The position numbers were made by a program, and so were the translations under genes. Under the pieces are notes generated by a model, which saw only the letters and a program-made list of their open reading frames with translations, made no database searches and was not told the DNA's origin. Positions 34,882-38,087 of a DNA stretch of 38,087 nt are shown here, one piece after another. The number at the start of each line of letters is the position of its first letter. Position 1 is the first letter of the stretch. Location of the stretch: the NCBI GenBank assembly GCA_041686815.1, contig JAWLDD010000001.1:1979-40065 (forward strand), written 5' to 3'. Origin of the DNA: Candidatus Atribacteria bacterium (lineage in GTDB: Bacteria; Bacillota; Clostridia; Caldicoprobacterales; UBA3941).

Positions 34882-35322
34882 ATGAAGCTTCAAGAGATAA
34901 TGACAACCAATGTAATCACAATCGAACCTAACAGTACTGCTTTAGAAGCAGCCAAGATTATGCAGTCTCATAATATTGGTTTTATTCCGGTATGCAATCA
35001 GGACAAAAAAGTACTGGGTGTAATAACGGATAGGGATATAGTAGTTCGATGTATAGCAAACACTGACAATCCTGCCACCACACACATACAAAATATTATG
35101 ACAACGAATGTCATCTATGCTGAGCCTACCATGGATGGAGATGGAGCTGCCCGTTTAATGGCTCAACACAAGATTAGACGTCTTCCTGTTATACAGAATG
35201 ATAAATTGGTTGGTATAGTAGCTATAGGAGATCTGGCTACCAAATATAGATTGGTCCAAGAGGCTGGTCAAGCTCTAAGTGAGATATCTGAGCCTGCAAG
35301 ACCTACCAACCTTATTCAATAG
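34882..35322 (+). CDS. CBS-domain pair protein
   Basis: It has two CBS repeats (IMTTNVITIEP...GFIPV... and IMTTNVIYAEP...RRLPVIQNDKLVGIVAIGDL). Confidence 0.85.
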   Translation: MKLQEIMTTNVITIEPNSTALEAAKIMQSHNIGFIPVCNQDKKVLGVITDRDIVVRCIANTDNPATTHIQNIMTTNVIYAEPTMDGDGAARLMAQHKIRRLPVIQNDKLVGIVAIGDLATKYRLVQEAGQALSEISEPARPTNLIQ

Positions 35323-35382
35323 AATGGATTTGCTATAGGGCTTCATTCCATAGCCTTCTAACCATAAGAAAAGGAAAATTTC

Positions 35383-35417
35383 AGTAGGATTTTATAAAAA
35401 ATCCTACTTTTTGTTTT
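35383..35417 (+). terminator. Rho-independent terminator after the CBS gene
   Basis: AGTAGGATTT (35383-35392) pairs with AAATCCTACT (35399-35408) and is followed by TTTTTGTTTT. Confidence 0.8.
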
Positions 35418-35554
35418 AAATCTCCTACATTGTTTAATAATATATAAATAACAACGGTAAATAAATCCATTTATCCCATATTGAAAACAGTTGTAGAGGT
35501 TACAACACTAGCCTAAAGGCGTAACATTAAAATCATAATGTAGGAAGGGAAGGA

Positions 35555-36067
35555 ATGATACATATGAGTTTGGAAAGTTTATCCTATCATCAGGTTATCG
35601 AACTGGCAGCTACTTTTGAACAGAGAGGCTATGAGCTATATACCAAGGCATCAAAGCTAGCTGAACAAGAACCTGCTAAGAATATGCTTCTTTTTTTAGC
35701 AGAGCAAGAGAAGAAACACGAACAGGCCTTTAGAAAGATGTATGAAAACATAAAGAATATAGATTCTGGAGAGCTTGTCAGTATCAGCGAAGAGTCGTTA
35801 GACTATCTTGATGCTCTATCCAAATCCAGCATATTCCCAGCAGATGATAATAAGTTTCTTGAGCAAATAAAAAGTCTGGATGACGTCCTTGAAGTGGCTA
35901 CGCAAACCGAGAAAGACTCTATACTCTTTTACGTCGAACTATCCTTTTATGCGCCTGATGAGGAAACTGAAAAATTCTTCAAGTTTATTATCGGGGAGGA
36001 GAAGAACCATCTGGTTAAGATTCAGCAATTGGATAAGCTGATTAAGGAAAGAGGAGTTGTATACTGA
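35555..36067 (+). CDS. Ferritin-like/rubrerythrin-domain di-iron protein
   Basis: It has two ExxH motifs (EQEKKHEQAF, GEEKNHLVKI) in a four-helix-bundle-like layout. The start could instead be the ATG at 35564. Confidence 0.7.
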   Translation: MIHMSLESLSYHQVIELAATFEQRGYELYTKASKLAEQEPAKNMLLFLAEQEKKHEQAFRKMYENIKNIDSGELVSISEESLDYLDALSKSSIFPADDNKFLEQIKSLDDVLEVATQTEKDSILFYVELSFYAPDEETEKFFKFIIGEEKNHLVKIQQLDKLIKERGVVY

Positions 36068-36072
36068 CATAG

Positions 36073-36101
36073 AAAAAAGCAGCTGAGACTAGCTGCTTTT
36101 T
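36073..36101. terminator. Bidirectional terminator between convergent genes
   Basis: AAAAGCAGC-TGAGACTA-GCTGCTTTT has an A-run on one side and a T-run on the other. Confidence 0.75.
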
Positions 36102-36136
36102 GTGTACCCTTCTATTTACAAATGTAGGGGGACCGT

Positions 36137-36334
36137 TTAAGTAGCTCTTTCTCTATCTCTAAACAATAGAGTGATACTATATAAGCCAGCCACTCCTACA
36201 AGGGTATAGATTATTCTGCTAAGCAAGGCATCCTGGCCGCCAAACAATGATGCTACCAGATCAAATTGGAACAATCCTATTAAACCCCAATTTAATGCGC
36301 CTATTATAATTAAGATGAGCGCTATACGATCCAT
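36137..36334 (-). CDS. DUF378-family small membrane protein
   Basis: MDRIALILIIIGALNWGLIGLFQFDLV is the DUF378 signature. The ATG at 36334 lies 8 nt after AGGAG. Confidence 0.75.
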   Translation of the reverse strand: MDRIALILIIIGALNWGLIGLFQFDLVASLFGGQDALLSRIIYTLVGVAGLYSITLLFRDRERAT

Positions 36335-36391
36335 TTCATCAACTCCTATCATGATTATACCCATAGTATACCCACAATAAATGCGTTGATT

Positions 36392-38087
36392 CTACAATAG
36401 GATTTTGTGCTCGGTTTCCAAATTTTTGATCTTGCTAAAGATATATTGAACTTTCATATTTTCAGATTTCGTCAGGGTTTCAAAATCACCCACCAAAATC
36501 AGTCTTTTCCTACCTCTTGAAAGGGCAACATTGGTTCGGCGATAATCCTTCAAAAAGCCTGTTCGGGTGGAAGTACCTGGAGAGGTATAATTGCTACGCA
36601 CCCAATTAATGATCACATTATCCTGTTCCCTGCCCTGGAAAGAATCTATGGTATAGATGTTTTGTTCTATAAACCTTGATAGTTCTTGACGCATACCATG
36701 GAAGTAATCCGAATGCTCTTCAAAGACCTCTTTAAGTTTTTCTGCATGAGCTTTGTAAGGGGTAATAATACAGATATCCCTTAAACGCTCACCTGATTTA
36801 AGCAATTCTAAAACCTTTCTGACGGAAATCATGGCCTCGGTTAAGTTATAGAAAGTAGAGTTTACCTCAGTTTCTTCCCGCTCTTTAGGGCTAAAAAGCT
36901 TGGAAGTATCTATAATTTCGATAGGATTGGATGAAAACTTACTTTTCCTCTTGGCAGGAGGAAGCTTGTAATATTCCGAATCCAAGTTCGTGGACAATCT
37001 TCCGTCGTATATCAAATCGGATATAAAGGAAACCATCCTTGGATCTTGTGAACGGTAGTTAATGTCCAAGAAAACGCTATTATATCTATTAGCATCGGTT
37101 ATCAGGTTTTCAAACATACTCCGTTGCAGTTTTTCCCTAGTACTTAGATCCATATAGGGATCATATTCCAGCAGTATCTCATTTTGTATGGGGAAAGGAG
37201 GAATCTGCATATGATCGCCTATTATTACGCATTTATCGGAAAACTGTAGGCTAAATAGAGTCTCAGGTACATCCATTTGAGAGGCTTCATCGATAATAAG
37301 GACATCAAAATGGGTTTTTGAAATATTTCTATCAAGGTAATAACCAAGGGGAGTACCCAAAACTATGCTGTTTTTACCCTTTAACAGGGAAGTATACGCT
37401 GGATTGGATGTAGATACTGTATAGGCATAGGGCAGATCGGATTTTGCTTCGATATTGTTCCCTGTCCTCAGAGCTCTTACATTTTCTTCTATAAGTTTCT
37501 CCAAGACGTTGTCTACAGCAATATTGGTCTTTGCCAAGACTAACACATCTTTTCCTTCATAATAATACTGGAGAGCTATCTCCTTTATGAGGGTAGTCTT
37601 ACCTGTACCAGGAGGACCTTGGACAATGGTCAATGCATTGTCGACTCCATCCATACTCTTAACTAGGGATACTGCTTGTTTTTGCGCAGGATTGTGCAGC
37701 AGCTCCTTGTTATAGTAAGAACTGTCAGGGAGTGGCACAATGTCCTGGGGATTAAGCTTTTTCTCCTTCCTTAATCCCAATGCTATTGCCAATAGAGGGG
37801 GAAGTGTATCCCTATCTATTGCATCTACTATCCTGTCCAGGTAAGTCATTAGTATGTTGCTGTTGGAATCCCGTGCCATGGTGGAGATTCTGGAAACCTG
37901 ATCCTCAGTAACATTATCCAATGCCTTTAACTCTACAATATACCCATCGTCGGTTTTTTTATCCCTGCACTCAATAACTTCAAACTCCCAGCCGTCACTC
38001 GATGTCAATACCTCACCGGGGAAGAAGGAAATAGGCATATTAAAGATGTATGAGCCTCTATAGGAAACCAGAAAAACACATTTGATC
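36392..38087 (-). CDS. SF1 Upf1/DNA2-like helicase (AAA_11/AAA_12 type), 5'-partial at the window edge
   Basis: It has Walker A VQGPPGTGKTT, Walker B LIIDEASQ, SFQGREQDNVII and TNVALSRGRKRLILVGD. The reading frame stays open upstream of the 38038 ATG up to position 38086, the last complete in-frame codon before the window edge at 38087, so the true start may lie outside the window. Confidence 0.85.
   Translation of the reverse strand, partial: IKCVFLVSYRGSYIFNMPISFFPGEVLTSSDGWEFEVIECRDKKTDDGYIVELKALDNVTEDQVSRISTMARDSNSNILMTYLDRIVDAIDRDTLPPLLAIALGLRKEKKLNPQDIVPLPDSSYYNKELLHNPAQKQAVSLVKSMDGVDNALTIVQGPPGTGKTTLIKEIALQYYYEGKDVLVLAKTNIAVDNVLEKLIEENVRALRTGNNIEAKSDLPYAYTVSTSNPAYTSLLKGKNSIVLGTPLGYYLDRNISKTHFDVLIIDEASQMDVPETLFSLQFSDKCVIIGDHMQIPPFPIQNEILLEYDPYMDLSTREKLQRSMFENLITDANRYNSVFLDINYRSQDPRMVSFISDLIYDGRLSTNLDSEYYKLPPAKRKSKFSSNPIEIIDTSKLFSPKEREETEVNSTFYNLTEAMISVRKVLELLKSGERLRDICIITPYKAHAEKLKEVFEEHSDYFHGMRQELSRFIEQNIYTIDSFQGREQDNVIINWVRSNYTSPGTSTRTGFLKDYRRTNVALSRGRKRLILVGDFETLTKSENMKVQYIFSKIKNLETEHKILL

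Noticed and set aside
35470-35500. Small hairpin GTTGTA-GAGGT-TACAAC upstream of the ferritin-like gene
   Set aside because: The stem is only 6 bp, no T-run follows, and there is no repeat elsewhere. The evidence for a regulatory role is insufficient.

Overview
This 38-kb chromosomal window comes from a low-GC, strictly anaerobic Firmicute, probably of the class Clostridia. The clues are nrdDG, DUF134/DUF5320, an FMN-riboswitch-controlled ECF RibU, and GGAGG-type ribosome-binding sites. Most of the window is housekeeping. It holds an L-rhamnose catabolic cluster (LacI regulator, rhaB, an ASRT-family protein, rhaA, a stand-alone class II aldolase and a VOC protein). It also holds fba, murC, a two-domain MetH-like methyltransferase, nrdD-nrdG with tandem NrdR boxes, an ApgM-family mutase, an FGGY kinase, trkA-trkH, rnz, tex, an amidohydrolase, ribU, the t6A operon tsaE-tsaB-rimI-(membrane protein)-tsaD, and CBS, ferritin-like and DUF378 proteins. 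An SF1 Upf1-like helicase runs off the right edge. The one clearly accessory segment is a visibly AT-richer island of about 1.6 kb (20145-21761) just downstream of trkH. It encodes an HNH nuclease with a PUA/SRA-like N-terminal domain and a RAYT-like Y1 (HUH) transposase with a C-terminal HTH. The island is bracketed by inverted copies of a 23-nt palindromic unit, GACAnGGGGACGTTTCnnyTGTC, and a third solo copy lies 3 kb away behind the FGGY kinase. I consider this REP/RAYT-like arrangement with a modification-reader nuclease the most interesting item. Secondary items are an ASRT homolog inside the rhamnose operon, a DUF5320-DUF134 pair behind a near-consensus promoter with 14-bp direct repeats, a one-T frameshift that truncates the amidohydrolase, and the edge-truncated helicase. 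I found no rRNA, tRNA or CRISPR array. All family assignments come from motif recognition by eye, and no database search was run.
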